The position numbers were made by a program, and so were the translations under genes. A DNA stretch of 46,055 nt from assembly GCA_030141605.1 (NCBI GenBank), contig JAQGDQ010001342.1:1-46055 (forward strand), given 5' to 3'. The stretch is from Tubiluchus corallicola. Taxonomy: Eukaryota; Animalia; Priapulida. Shown one piece after another: positions 25,996-37,113 of the stretch. The first letter of the stretch is position 1, and every line of letters starts with the position of its first letter. Under the pieces are notes generated by a model, which had not been told where the DNA came from, did no database searches, and saw only the letters and a list, made by a program, of their open reading frames with translations.

Positions 25996-26429
25996 CCCTT
26001 TCAGTCCCAAATTATTTTTTTAATAAGAAAAAAATTTTTAGCTTGGTACTTTTGTTCAGTATGTCCATCTTGTTTACACATAATAATTATTTTTTTCTAC
26101 CTGTGCCCACGTCCCACGGGATACATTGGGATTCAATGGAAGCATAAAATGTGCTTCATTTTGCAACTGCTGATAATTTTTTAAAGTATTTAAGACATTT
26201 AGTTATGCATGCTATGCTGATCTGTACAAAGTCGTCTGTAAAGTACTGTACCTTGCGCATTTTTTTATGCTATGTAGAGTGCCATTTTATCACTATTTTT
26301 AGTTTATTGTTATTGGCTTAAATCAAAATAACTATTAACAGATCAAATAACAGTCAGTTTTAAAATTTTATTAATTTTAAAGGCAGAAAATATTTTCATA
26401 TCCCACGGGATACAACGGGTATGAAAGGG
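25996..26429. mobile_element. piggyBac-like non-autonomous element in the CYP intron
   Basis: TTAA|CCCTTTCA...TGAAAGGG|TTAA, with the internal repeat tcccacgggataca twice. The mirror is at 32969-33423. Confidence 0.75.
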
Positions 26430-27369
26430 TTAAAGCTGAATCGTGAACTATTTAAAATCATTTGAAATGACAGTTTGTTTATTTCCCTGTGAACACACTG
26501 GTTAGCAATATGTTTTAATATTTTAAATGCACATTTTTTCATGCTTTGTTTTTTGGTTTCGCATTGCTAAATTATCATATAATTATCGATTATTGTATAG
26601 TTTCTTTTTTGTATCATGAATGTATATTCTGATAATTATGGTATAAGTGGCAGCACTAATCGGTCGTGAATACACAGATTTGGCAGAAAATTCTATTGGC
26701 AACCCTGGCCAAGAGTTAGCCGAGGCTGCGCTGCATTCCCCGAAAGAACGATGTTATAATAATTATTGCATTTTACATTTCAAATTAAAAAATGCACTTT
26801 CAAAGTAATGTCTCAAAGTAAGTATATGAACATAAAAAAATTAAAAAATTCCCGGCCAGGTATGCGATAAAAAAAATATCACCTTGGCGATTAGACAGAA
26901 ATAGAAGTATTTTTATTGTTGGTCTGAGTTGCTGTACCGTATGCGTAGCTCTTTCGTATTTGTACACAGCTGTAATGAGTTTCTATACTGTTTGTGTACA
27001 TAGCTGTTCATAACATTATAAACATAAGCACTCAAAATTCACTGTAATACAAGGTTCCAGTATCAGTATCAGTTTAGAAAAAATAAAATTTATCCAGACT
27101 CCTTTTGAACAAATTTTGCATCACTTGCATTATTGTATGTCTGTACCTTACATTACAGAATTGTTGCCTTATTGCATACAGAGTTTGTGTTGGTAGTAAC
27201 GTTGTATAAAACTTGAAAATTTGAGCTCCCGTTGTGACAGTTAGACGCTGCCGTTTTAATGGCAAGTCTCTCGGAACATATTCGGATAGCATTGCATGAA
27301 ATTAAAGAATATCATTCACAGCACGTATTCACTAAATAAGCTAAATTTATTTAGTGAATTTTTTTTCAG

Positions 27370-27447
27370 AAAAGCACGAAGATTTTGATATGGGTTACAG
27401 GGAATATTTTTATCAAGTTTATGGTGACAATCTACTTTTTTCTGATG
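27370..27447 (+). CDS. Cytochrome P450 coding exon 2, left copy (no further exons recognised)
   Basis: ttttttcag|AAAAG...GATG|gtatgt. It is in phase with exon 1 and gives EKHEDFDMGYREYFYQVYGDNLLFSDG (B'/C-helix region G.NLLFSDG). Confidence 0.78.
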
Positions 27448-27497
27448 GTATGTGTTCTCCTGTTTCTATTAAATCGCTTCAGTCTGCTGTTGCAGCT

Positions 27498-27671
27498 AGG
27501 GATATCACGAAGCTCCGACAGAACTTTAGCTTCGAAACTGAATCAGAATCTGCGCTTCGCCCTGCTTCCTTGAAGTTTTAGTTACCTTAGATGCATCCAG
27601 ATTCGCAAAGACTTTTGAAAAAGATCCGGTTTAGCTTAGAACTGCTACAGAGGCGATTCGGTAGCACTTTA
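27498..27671. mobile_element. Degenerate MITE-like element (TAGGGAT.. end, GAATC/GATTC-rich)
   Basis: Starts tagggatatcacgaa and ends gattcggtagcacttta. A related copy is at ~30890-31090 and the mirror at ~31740-31912. No TSD was seen. Confidence 0.4.
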
Positions 27672-28154
27672 TTATAAAAGCATTATACGTTCATTTACCT
27701 TTTCATCTTTCTGCAAATTCCTGAAATCACTCCCTTTTTTGATACTTTTGCCCTACTTGAAACATGCCCGCATCGCCATATTCAGTTTCAGCATGTGTCC
27801 GACTCATGAAATCCTACGCGAAAGCTGGCATCACATTACGATTTTAACTGCTAATTTCAACAAAAATGCCAAAATTTCTCGTATTGATTTGACTTTGGAA
27901 CGTGGCTTCGCTAACATCGCACGATGTGGCTTAAGCGAACGTGTGTTTTTTTTTGTCGTCCTCACTACACGGATTCATGGAGTGTAGGTAAAGGCACATC
28001 AAAGAATTTTTTGACTAACGATCATTTTACGTTGTTAGTCGTTTGTAGAAAAGATCTTTTACAAAATAATTGAATCATCTATATTGTTTTTTGTTGCGAA
28101 TCTGCTGTATATATACCAACCAATCATTTTACGTTGTTAGTCATTCGTAGAAAA

Positions 28155-28264
28155 AGTGGGAATTGAAGACATAAATGAAAAGATGGTCAACAACAGGAAT
28201 GCGTGGAGAGGACTCATTCACAACGGCGACCCCGAATAGGGAAAAGCTGGGAAGAACAAGAAGA
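28155..28264 (+). mobile_element. Extreme 3' end of an RTE-clade LINE with 16-bp TSD
   Basis: Encodes ...VNNRNAWRGLIHNGDPE* followed by gggaaaagc and a (GAA)n tail. The TSD agtcattcgtagaaaa lies at 28139-28154 and 28265-28280. Confidence 0.88.
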
Positions 28265-29462
28265 AGTCATTCGTAGAAAAGATATTTTGCAAAATAATTA
28301 AATCATCTATGTATATACTTAAGTTACAATTTATTATTTTATTAATTACTATACTAACTCTAATTTATCTTATATCATTTAGTGCGTGTAACTAACTTCA
28401 TGGACACTATACTTTTACATTTGAAATAAAATCGAAATTCAAAATTGAAACTGAAACTTTATTCTGATTGTTTTACACACGTAGTGACGAAACAGCCAGA
28501 AAAGAGCACCTTCATTGTACTGACAACATTTCTGCGTATGCGAAATAAGCAGCACAAAAATACAATCGGCTTCGCATAAATTATTCCTTAAAATACAATG
28601 AATTCAGCAATATACTGAGTTAAAAACACCAAATTTTATGATTGCTTTAAGCATTAATGTACATAGAAATAAATCTGTTCTACCAAATCAGTCCAAGACA
28701 AATGATATTCTGAGTTATACAGAACCGAATTATGCAGAATCTACTTTATTACACTATATATATATTTATATATATTATATTATATTATTATATAATATAT
28801 ATTATATTTATATATATATATACATACACACACACACCGTGCGGACGCACACACATACACACCGCACACACGTATCCGATGTCCCTTACAGCCGAAGTTG
28901 AGTCAGACCAAGGATGTATCTAGACCTGTACTTTTCTGTACTTTTACCCATATTTTTATGGATTATTGCTACACATTCACTTTGATGATAGGATCCTTAT
29001 ATGCGAAATAATTTACCTGGGTTTCTATTACGCGGGACCAGAAGATATCGTCCCTTTTAACCAAAACTCCCTCATATCCGAGTACCTTACATACGAAGAT
29101 TTTATATATATATATATATATATACTGTATACTATATACACAATATTTTATAATGTAAAAAAGGTCACAGAAACAATGCATATATTTAAATTAGGTACCT
29201 GTCTATCACATCACGATGCTTGAGTGTAGCAAAAAAGCAAGAGAGATTCTGTTTCAGATCTGCAGCTTCGATACCTATGTAAATGTGAAATATGATACAA
29301 AAACAATGTTTTCTACAAACGTGTTTATTTAACCCCTTCACTGCTGCACAATTTGTATTGTCAAAGGTTTAGGGGAATATTTTAAGGAAAGGAAATGCTG
29401 CTAATGCTATAGATAAAACTACAGACTATGGATTGCTACAACACTGTTATTTTTACAGTTAA

Positions 29463-30004
29463 AGGAAAACCGGACAATAGTTTAGACTCAATCTCATTTT
29501 AATTTACTGTCCAAAATATACATTGGTGACTATAAAAGTTAGAGCAATTGTCTTTTATATTTGAATAATTAGCTTAGAAAGTTAATTAACGGCATCCGAA
29601 CACAGCTATTGCTTACGTCAGAAACTAACCACAGTTTGTGCAATGGTAGGCATCTCTCTTGCGCGTCAAACACGTTTGCGTAAATGTTACTGGTCAAACG
29701 CGTGATGTCACGAAATGGGGTTCTATGTTATATGACGTCAGAAACTAATACTGCAGTTCATGATCATGGTTATCACCGTATCACCTTCTATTTGTCGGCC
29801 ACGCGAATGTGACAAAAAGGCGCCGCTGCCAATCTTAGTAGATTCACTGAGCCGCGCATAGCTTTGAAGGTTTAAGAAAATTTGAGTATCCAAAGTAATT
29901 AATACTTAATCTAAGCTTTGATTTAAAATAAGCTATTGTAGTTTTCAATATTTTAGAGCATTCTCTATTCTGAACTCATGTTTACACAATCATCTGGTTT
30001 TCCT
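29463..30004. mobile_element. Kolobok-like non-autonomous element in the spacer
   Basis: TTAA|AGGAAAACCGGA...TCTGGTTTTCCT|TTAA, with the internal repeat acgtcagaaactaa twice. Confidence 0.65.
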
Positions 30005-30534
30005 TTAAAACTATCACTGGTACCACCATAGCTGTTGACACACTCCGCCCCTGATTTCCACTGCTGTCCTCTATAAGTACCACCATTTTCATCAGCACCA
30101 GTTTCGTCGCGTCGTTTCAAAAGCGGTTTTGTTTTGTGTTGTATAATTCAAAGCATCTTGCAAAATATGAGGTAAAAAACAAAAGTCACAACACAGCAAG
30201 CTGCAGCACATAGTCAGCAATAACAGCAATCTTTTCTGCAAGTTTTGTCTAGCGCTTTGAGCTACGGGTATTTTCTGGTCTGCATATTACCATTTTGGTC
30301 AAAAGAGGTGTTGTGTTTTGTTTCTCTCGGAAGGCTCGTAGAGAAAACACGCCGTCAAAAAAAACTAGTTTATTTAGCGAGAATTCTACAACACAAAAAG
30401 ATGAAGGAACGAGAAATGATTATACTAAACGTGAAAATCTGGAAAGTATATCTCAAAATGTAAGTATACAAGTATATGTCCGTGCGAGATCTGCGTGTGT
30501 CCTGTGTGCTCCCGTGCCGGCGGCCTGCTTCGCC

Positions 30535-30629
30535 TTATATAGCGCGCTGAAGAAACTTCCAGAAGCAATGTACGAGAACATTCCAGACGGAAAGACGATC
30601 ATTCCGACTGAACATTCTACGATGTTCTA
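30535..30629 (-). promoter_or_regulatory. Heat-shock-type promoter: TATA box plus three HSE arrays
   Basis: TATATAA on the minus strand at 30535-30541 in a GC-rich context. HSE arrays: aGAAacTTCcaGAAg (30551-30565, perfect), TACgaGAAcaTTCcaGAC (30571-30588) and GAAcaTTCtaCGAtgTTC (30610-30627). Confidence 0.7.
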
Positions 30630-30889
30630 TGTAATTCTAATTGATGCCAGCGATCTCCACAAGAGGACAGCACCACTGTTTATTATCAGTAGCCAGATTC
30701 ATGAAGTCTTGTCATACAGGCCAGTTAGAATAGCATTATAATAAAAGCATTTTTCTCCTCACAGAAGCACTGAAGTGGTTACTATCACTGAAAGGGCAGC
30801 AACATTTAGTACGAACACTATCTTATCCTATTCCTAAACAAGAATGTTTATAAACTGTTTTATTACTTTTCAAAAGTAAACCTCCAACG

Positions 30890-31090
30890 AGGTATATCAC
30901 GAATCCGAAATTACCGAATCTGAATCTAGTTCTCGTAATAATTTTGGAATCTAGATCGAATCCAAATCTCAGTTTAAAATCATTTTTTGAATCCGGATCG
31001 AATCTGAATCTTAGTTTAAAAAATTTTTCGAAACCGGATCGAATCTCGAATTTTGCAAATAGTTCTTTCAACCGAATCTTTGCAAATCTA
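30890..31090. mobile_element. Degenerate GAATC-rich MITE-like fragment
   Basis: Begins aggtatatcacgaatcc like 27498, with internal repeated gaatccggatcgaatct units. Confidence 0.45.
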
Positions 31091-31249
31091 CTCAATTTTC
31101 TACCAAACTGTGGCAGATTGGTAAGACTGCAGTGTTTTTCATGAAGGTTACAGATGGCCTGTCTGCACAGGGTGTTTGGCAGTAGTTCTGCAACAAAAAC
31201 AATATAGATGATTTAATTATTTTGCAAAATATCTTTTCTACGAATGACT

Positions 31250-31359
31250 TCTTCTTGTTCTTCCCAGCTTTTCCCTATTCGGGGTCGCCGTTGTGAATGA
31301 GTCCTCTCCACGCATTCCTGTTGTTGACCATCTTTTCATTTATGTCTTCAATTCCCACT
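31250..31359 (-). mobile_element. RTE 3' end insertion with 16-bp TSD (right arm)
   Basis: TSD ttttctacgaatgact at 31234-31249 and 31360-31375. Identical to 28155-28264. Confidence 0.88.
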
Positions 31360-31961
31360 TTTTCTACGAATGACTAACAACGTAAAATGATTGGTTGGTC
31401 AAAAAATTCTTTGATGTGCCTTTACCTGCACTCCATGAATCCGTGTAATGAGGATGATAAAAAACCCTGTTCGTTTAAGCCACATCGTGCGATGTTAGCG
31501 AAACCACGTTCCAAAGTCAACTCAATACGAGAAAGTTTGGCATTTTTGTTGAAATTAGCAGTTAAAATCGTAAAGTGGTGCGTGCTTTCGCGTAGGATTT
31601 CATGAGTCGGACACACGCTGAAACTGATTAAGGCGATGCAGGCTTATTTCAAGAAGGGCAAAATTATCAAAAATGGCAGTGATTTCAGGAATTCGCAGAA
31701 AAATGAAAAGTTAAATAAGCATATAATGCTTTTATAATCAAACGCTACCGAATCGCCTCTGTAGCAGTTCTAAGCTAAACCAGATCTCTTTCAAAAGTCT
31801 TTGCGAATCCGGATGGATCTAAGGTAACTAAAACTTCAATGAATCAGATCGAAGCGCAGTGTCTGATTTAGTTTCGAAGCTAAAGTTCTATTGGAGCTTC
31901 GTGACATCCCTACCTGCAACAGCATATTGAAGTGATTTAATAGAAACAGGAGAACACATAC

Positions 31962-32039
31962 CATCAGAAAAAAGTAGATTGTCGCCATAAACTTGATAAA
32001 AATATTCCCTGTAACCCATGTCAAAATCTTCGTGCTTTT
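31962..32039 (-). CDS. Cytochrome P450 coding exon 2, right copy
   Basis: Same peptide as the left copy, with intact AG/GT boundaries. Confidence 0.78.
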
Positions 32040-32968
32040 CTGGAAAAAAAAATTCACTAAATAAATTTAGCTTATTTAGTGAATACGTGCTGTGAATGAT
32101 ATTCTTAAACTTCATGCAATGCTATCCGAATATGTTCCGAGAGACTTGCCATTAAAACGGCAGCGTCTAACTGTCACAACGGGAGCTCAAATTTTCAAGT
32201 TTTATACAACGTTACTACCAACACAAGCTCTGTATGCAATAAGGCAACAATTCTGTAATGTAAGGTACAGACATACAATAATGCAAGTGATGCAAAATTT
32301 GTTCAAAAGGAGTCTGGATAAATTTTATTTTTTCTAAACTGATACTGGAACCTTGTATTACAGTGGATTTTGAGTGCTTATGTTTATAATGTTATGAACA
32401 GCTATGTACACAAACAGTATAGCAACTCATTACAGTTGTGTACAAATACGAAAGAGCTACGCATACGGTACAGCAACTCAGACCAACAATAAAAATACTT
32501 CTATTTCTGTCTAATCGCCCAGGTGATATTTTTTTTATCGCATACCTGGCCGAGAATTTTTTGATTTTTTTATGTTCATATACTTACTTTGAGACCAGTC
32601 ATATGAAAGCGAATTTAAAACGTAAAATGCGATAATTATTATATCATCGTTCTTTTGGGGAATGCAGGATGCAGCCTCGGCTAAGTCTTGGCCAGGGTTG
32701 CCAATCGAATTTTCTGCCGAATCAGTGTATTCACGGCCGATTAGTGTTGCCATTATACCATAATTATCTGAATATACATTCATGATACAAAAAAGAAACT
32801 ATACAATAATCGATAGTTATATGATAATTTATTAATGCGAAACCAAAAAACAAAGCATGAAAAATGTGCATTTAAAATATTAAAACATATTGCTAACCAG
32901 TGTGCTCACAGGGAAATAAACAAACTGTCATTTCAAACGATTTTAAATAGTTCACGATTCAGCTTTAA

Positions 32969-33423
32969 CCCTTTCATACACGTTGTATCCCGTGGGATAC
33001 GAAAATATTTTCTGCCTTTAAAATTAATAAAATTTTAAAACTGACAGTTATTTGATCTGTTAATAGTTATTTTGATTTAAGCCAATAACAATAGACTAAA
33101 AATAGTGATAAAATGGCAAACTAGAAAATCTACATAGCATAAAAAAACTGCGCAAGGTACAGTACTTTAGAGACGACTTTGTACAGATCAGCATAGCGTG
33201 CATACTAAATGTCTTAAATACTTTAAAAAATTATCAACAGTTGCAAAATGAAGCACATTTCATGCTTCCATTGAATCCCAATGTATCCCATGGGATACAT
33301 TTAGCACACAGGCACAGGTAGAAAAAAAATAATTATTACATGTAAACAAGATGGACATACTGAACAAAAGTACCAAGCTAAAAAAATTTTTCTTATTAAA
33401 AAAATAATTTGGGACTGAAAGGG
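32969..33423. mobile_element. piggyBac-like non-autonomous element (mirror)
   Basis: TTAA|CCCTTTCA...TGAAAGGG|TTAA. Confidence 0.75.
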
Positions 33424-33551
33424 TTAAACATTCACAAACATTCCTCCCTTCCTACTGATACCTTTTGAACTTATGAGGTAAGGCAGAAACAAATTTTTCT
33501 TGTGGCTGGCACCATAAACAGCTGTGTACACACATATAAAATTACACATAC

Positions 33552-33741
33552 CGTACAGCAACTCGTGAACAGCCGCGTTAGATCCGATGAAAACCGTAGG
33601 TCGGTTTAGCAGACGCGCTTGAAACACACGACTCTTGCAACGTCTCATATGCCTCTCCGCAAACTCTTCAGGGCTGCGATAAAAATCAATAGCCTTGTCA
33701 CCAATTAGCAAGCACCCGCAGCTGCCCGGCACGCTCGCCAT
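33552..33741 (-). CDS. Cytochrome P450 coding exon 1, right copy
   Basis: Differs from the left copy by F>I and Y>C. Splice sites are intact. Confidence 0.8.
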
Positions 33742-34079
33742 CTCTGTCCAGGCTGACCTTCCGGTCAATCAGGTCAACATTTCTGCAAGAAAATTGCCAT
33801 GAAATTCGCTAAAAAAGTAAATTACTACGTATACACAAATACACAAAATGCTAACTCAAAACTAATCACATGCAACAACAGCAGCACCAGCAACAGCAAC
33901 AACAATAGCGACAGCGACAACAACAACAAAAGCGACAACAGCAACAATAACAACAACAACGACAACAAAAACAGCAGCAACAACAACAATAACAACAACA
34001 GCAACAACAAAAAAACGACAGCAAGAACAATGACAACAATAACAAAAAACATTAAAGTTACTCACACCAAATAAAAAAG

Positions 34080-34380
34080 ACATCAAAAACCTAAAAAATT
34101 TTGATGTATATTGCACATCAGATACATGGGCATTTCCAGATTGTACAATTCTGCCAAGCAGACTACAATAACACTTGCGTCGTATATGAACAAAACGTGG
34201 GAGAGATAAATCTACACACATCTGAGATGCAGTGAAAACATATTTAAGTTTAAAAAGTTTCCTTATACCATTGTTGTATGACACCCTAACTTTCTCTAGA
34301 ACGAATTTGTCAAAATTAACCCACAGTGAACAACAATAGAATGTTTCAACAGAAACTTGTAAAGGGAAACGATTTAACAT
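34080..34380 (-). mobile_element. LINE C-terminal fragment (mirror of 25030-25330)
   Basis: Mirrored ORF. Confidence 0.65.
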
Positions 34381-35394
34381 TAGCAGAACAATTTCTAAAC
34401 TTCAGTACTAATATGTGAATTTATGGCGGTAAACCACAGTTCCCACTCTGCCCAACTTCAACGGGTTATATACTAATTTGACATTCCTTTTACAGACGAT
34501 TGTTCATCTATGTTATGAGAAATTATTGAATGCATACAAGCAGTCAAAGATTAACTGAAAAACAGATCGAACAAAAATAAATTTGTTAATTTGTGTCATT
34601 AATAACAGCTTACTTTATTTTCCTTGGAGTACGCGATATTCCCGTATTAAATTAAAAACACAACTATACACTTACCATCTAGAAAAAATATTTGTAAGTA
34701 TTGGCAAGTTACTAAAACTATTTATTGGGTAAATGATTTGCTGGTTATTTTAAACTTTGCACTCAACAAATTATTCACAGGAATTCAGTGCGAACTTCTC
34801 TCTTGCCTAATCTGAGAGTACTATTACAAAGACTAAGGCGATTTACAAATGACCAAGTTTCCGTCTTGGCGTGTCGAAATAGAACCGTGTGACCTCATGC
34901 TCACATTAAACAGGTCACACAACAAACACTATGAAAGCAAAATTGATATTTAGTTTTTGGGGTAACATAACCAATTTAAATATCTCAACGCATCTTTAAC
35001 ACAATCATGTTGTCGACTTAATTTAATTTAAACATAGTTTTACTTGGTGGTTTGTACCAGAAAATTTTTACAACTTATGCGCGGGCACTCCCGGCTTACT
35101 AATATATAGTATCTATGTAAAAATATTTACAAAGTTATCATAGTTACTTGGTGTGAGTAAACACAAAAAAACAAATGGTAAATAGTTAAATATTTAGCCT
35201 GCGCACTAAACTCGTTTATCAGTAAACAGTAAACATGCATCTTTGCTATATAGGATATAGTACAAATAAATTAATAAATTCCAGTAATCATCATTTAAAA
35301 CGCCTCGATTCGGTTATAAGCAACTGTACACAATCAAATATTTTACAATTACCTACATTTACATTTAAAATATTTCTAGCTGTCAAATTTCTAA

Positions 35395-35830
35395 TGTCAT
35401 TGTTATCTTTAAAGATCTTATTTCACGTATAGATATGGGAAGTTGATTCCATGAATCAATGGATGAAAGAAAGAATGATTTTGAAAGCCAACGTGTGAGA
35501 GAGAAAAATTCTGTAACTTTCAGCATTGCGCATAGGATAAGCGGTAAAGCTTCTAACTTGCAATGGCAACATTCTATATAAAGAAGCGCAGCTAAATTAT
35601 TAAATTTTAAAAAACATACACAAACGATAAAATTTAAAACGTTTTTCAAAGTAAAACCACAATCTTTAAGTACAAGTTCTGGCGATGATCAAAGCATGGC
35701 ACCTGAACAAATTCTGCCGGCACTTAACTGTACATTTTCTAGTAGTTTCAAATTGTAGTCTTGGCACCCGGACCAAATTACATTTCCATATTCAATTGCT
35801 GTAAGATGGTGCTATTAAAAGTTATTATGT
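35395..35830 (-). mobile_element. CR1-like fragment (mirror of 23590-24040)
   Basis: Reads SFFLSSIDSWNQLPISIR. Confidence 0.72.
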
Positions 35831-35991
35831 TGTCGATTTGAACGTCACATAAGGAGAAAGCGCAATAAAGGAAACCGAACGAGATTGCTGAATCTGCTGC
35901 CTGCTTGGTTAGTTCGATTTTGTTATTTCTTCACGAGCTTTTCAGTCAGCGAAGCAGCTGCGACAGGCCTACCGTATTGTCGATTGCCGAC

Positions 35992-36361
35992 TAGGGGAGA
36001 GCATCGAAAGTTCAAAGCGTTTTTTTAATTTGAGTTCGAATCGAATCTAAAATTATAGCATTGAATAATTCAGCGCTTCAACCACATATGGTCTTATGTC
36101 ATTAAAATGTTTCAAACATCACACAATAAGCACAATTTTGTAAAAAAATTAAACTAATAATTTGTGATTTTGTTGCACAAAAAATCGATTAGTAAGGCCT
36201 ATGCATGATCTTTGCAACAAGTTTATTTGCTGAGGATTCGAAAACCCCTTCGAAAACTGTTTCAAACTCAATTCCAATTCGCTTCAAATTTGATTCGAAT
36301 TCAAAAGTCACAAATTCGACTCGATTCAAATTTGATTTCTGGCAGTGGATGCTCACCCCTA
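35992..36361 (+). mobile_element. hAT-like MITE (single copy in right arm)
   Basis: taggggagagcatc...gatgctcaccccta, with flanks ttgccgac / gtgcctac (6/8 match, decayed TSD). Confidence 0.85.
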
Positions 36362-37113
36362 GTGCCTACTTTGAATGTGAGTGAGTACTATAGGTGAGCA
36401 CTCTCTTTATACATGTAAATAGCAGCTTAGGATAAAAAGCACCTTTTGTGCTGTTCTTGTATCCAGTAATCTAAAACGATACCATGATATTAGAAATACA
36501 GATGTAATGTTTCATGGTTAGCAGATAGAGAATGTGCATGTTCTTGTAATGTATGACTTCTGATGATTGTATACATTTATTTCTATAATAAACCGTTTTA
36601 GTATAAGCAAGTCAATTGTTCAGATACATGATGATATAGTGTATCCATTATCACATACCATAATAAACGATTGCTAACCAAATGCAACAAAACTAAGATA
36701 AAACTATTTTCCCCAACAAACACCAATACAGCAGTAACACAATAGACAGAGGCTTGTCAGCTCCAATTCCGAGTAATTTAACACTACATTTTTAAACTTC
36801 TTTGACATTACATTGCCAAGTACTTACGTAACGGGAGACCTGCGCAGTTGTTGAAAAGAAATACACATTATGTCAATTCATTGCCAGGCTTTGACTGCCT
36901 GGCTCATGTATGCTGCAGGAAACAAATTCAAACTGAATCGAAATTCCAGACAAGAGTTGAGCAACGAACGATTTTGCTTTTTGCGACTACTTGTAAATAA
37001 ACACACCTACAAGGCATTTCGCGCTATTAGTCACGGGAAGTTGTGAATGTGTTATCAAAGAATTGTCGTTTTGGTGCTGTTTAGTGGTGAGTGACGCTTG
37101 TATCGTTTACACA

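Noticed and set aside
30295-30741. 148-aa spacer ORF as a gene
   Set aside because: It has a TTG start and no recognisable domain, and it overlaps the minus-strand HSE/TATA promoter.
31090-31190. P450 exon 3 after tttttgttgcag on the minus strand
   Set aside because: The phase-compatible translation (ELLPNTLCRQAICNL...) shows no P450 similarity I can recognise.
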